Positions 63,878-64,000 of a DNA stretch of 64,000 nucleotides are shown here, piece after piece. A model generated the notes under the pieces. The model was not told the origin of the DNA. It saw only the letters and a program-made list of their open reading frames with translations, and did not search any database. The position numbers and the translations under genes were made by a program. The first letter of the stretch is position 1, and the number at the start of each line of letters is the position of its first letter. The DNA comes from a virus. Its lineage: Duplodnaviria > Caudoviricetes. The stretch covers positions 12,318 through 76,317 of IMG/VR virus record IMGVR_UViG_2886098363_000001, one strand, 5' to 3'.

Positions 63878-64000
63878 ATGGAATCACTACTAAGCGAACT
63901 GGAAGAGTTTGTTGAGACGCTGGACCTGGCGCCTGAGGAGGAGAGCAAGATCGCGCGCATTCTGGAAAAACTACGCGATGAAGCCACCGCGTCAGCGTGA
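63878..64000 (+). CDS. Small acidic protein downstream of the LexA box
   Basis: MESLLSELEEFVETLDLAPEEESKIARILEKLRDEATASA (40 aa), preceded by an AAGGGGGAG RBS-like sequence. Confidence 0.65.
   Translation: MESLLSELEEFVETLDLAPEEESKIARILEKLRDEATASA

Larger units (their letters stand above)
2790..64000. mobile_element. Temperate prophage with lambdoid early genes and a 933W-like podovirus morphogenesis module; right end outside the window
   Basis: Contiguous order int-xis, recombination, cI/cro, replication, Q, lysis, terminase, portal, capsid, tail, immI-like region. Confidence 0.95.

Noticed and set aside
63750-64000. Right att site of the prophage
   Set aside because: No second copy of the ssrA 3' core is present, so the end lies outside the window.

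Overview
The window is almost entirely mobile DNA from a roughly 60% GC gammaproteobacterium; an Aeromonas-like host is inferred from the H-NS and ssrA-end sequences. Positions 1-2760 are the end of a P4-integrase island carrying a full-length H-NS gene and a truncated H-NS-like gene. At 2761-2789 lies a 29-bp copy of the tmRNA (ssrA) 3' end, which acts as an att junction. From 2790 to the window end is one temperate prophage whose other end lies beyond the window. Its early region is lambdoid: int/xis, a Bet/RecT recombinase interrupted by a 317-aa LAGLIDADG intein, RecE-like exonuclease, RdgC, Dam, cI/cro, an O-like initiator with iterons, DnaB, nin genes and a Q-like regulator. Lysis genes follow, then a short-tailed 933W/Stx-phage-like morphogenesis module, a 4026-aa polyvalent virion protein, and a P22 immI-like mnt/arc/ant locus beside a LexA box. 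The standout observation is at 16077-17430 on the minus strand. Two perfectly regular 11-unit GGC-NN pentamer arrays, each framed by TGC...GGG and preceded by hairpins, sit directly upstream of a 195-aa RAMP/Cas7-like gene. This looks like a compact phage-encoded RNA-guided system and matches my recollection of the recently reported VIPR (Vipr protein plus GGY/NN RNA) architecture. Other notable signals are four near-identical late promoter-pause-terminator modules, a CI lacking the autocleavage residues, a P4-CI-like antisense locus, a three-domain putative nucleotide-sponge fusion and a phage protein ending in an RNAP alpha-CTD-like domain. All family assignments come from motif recognition by eye, not from database searches.
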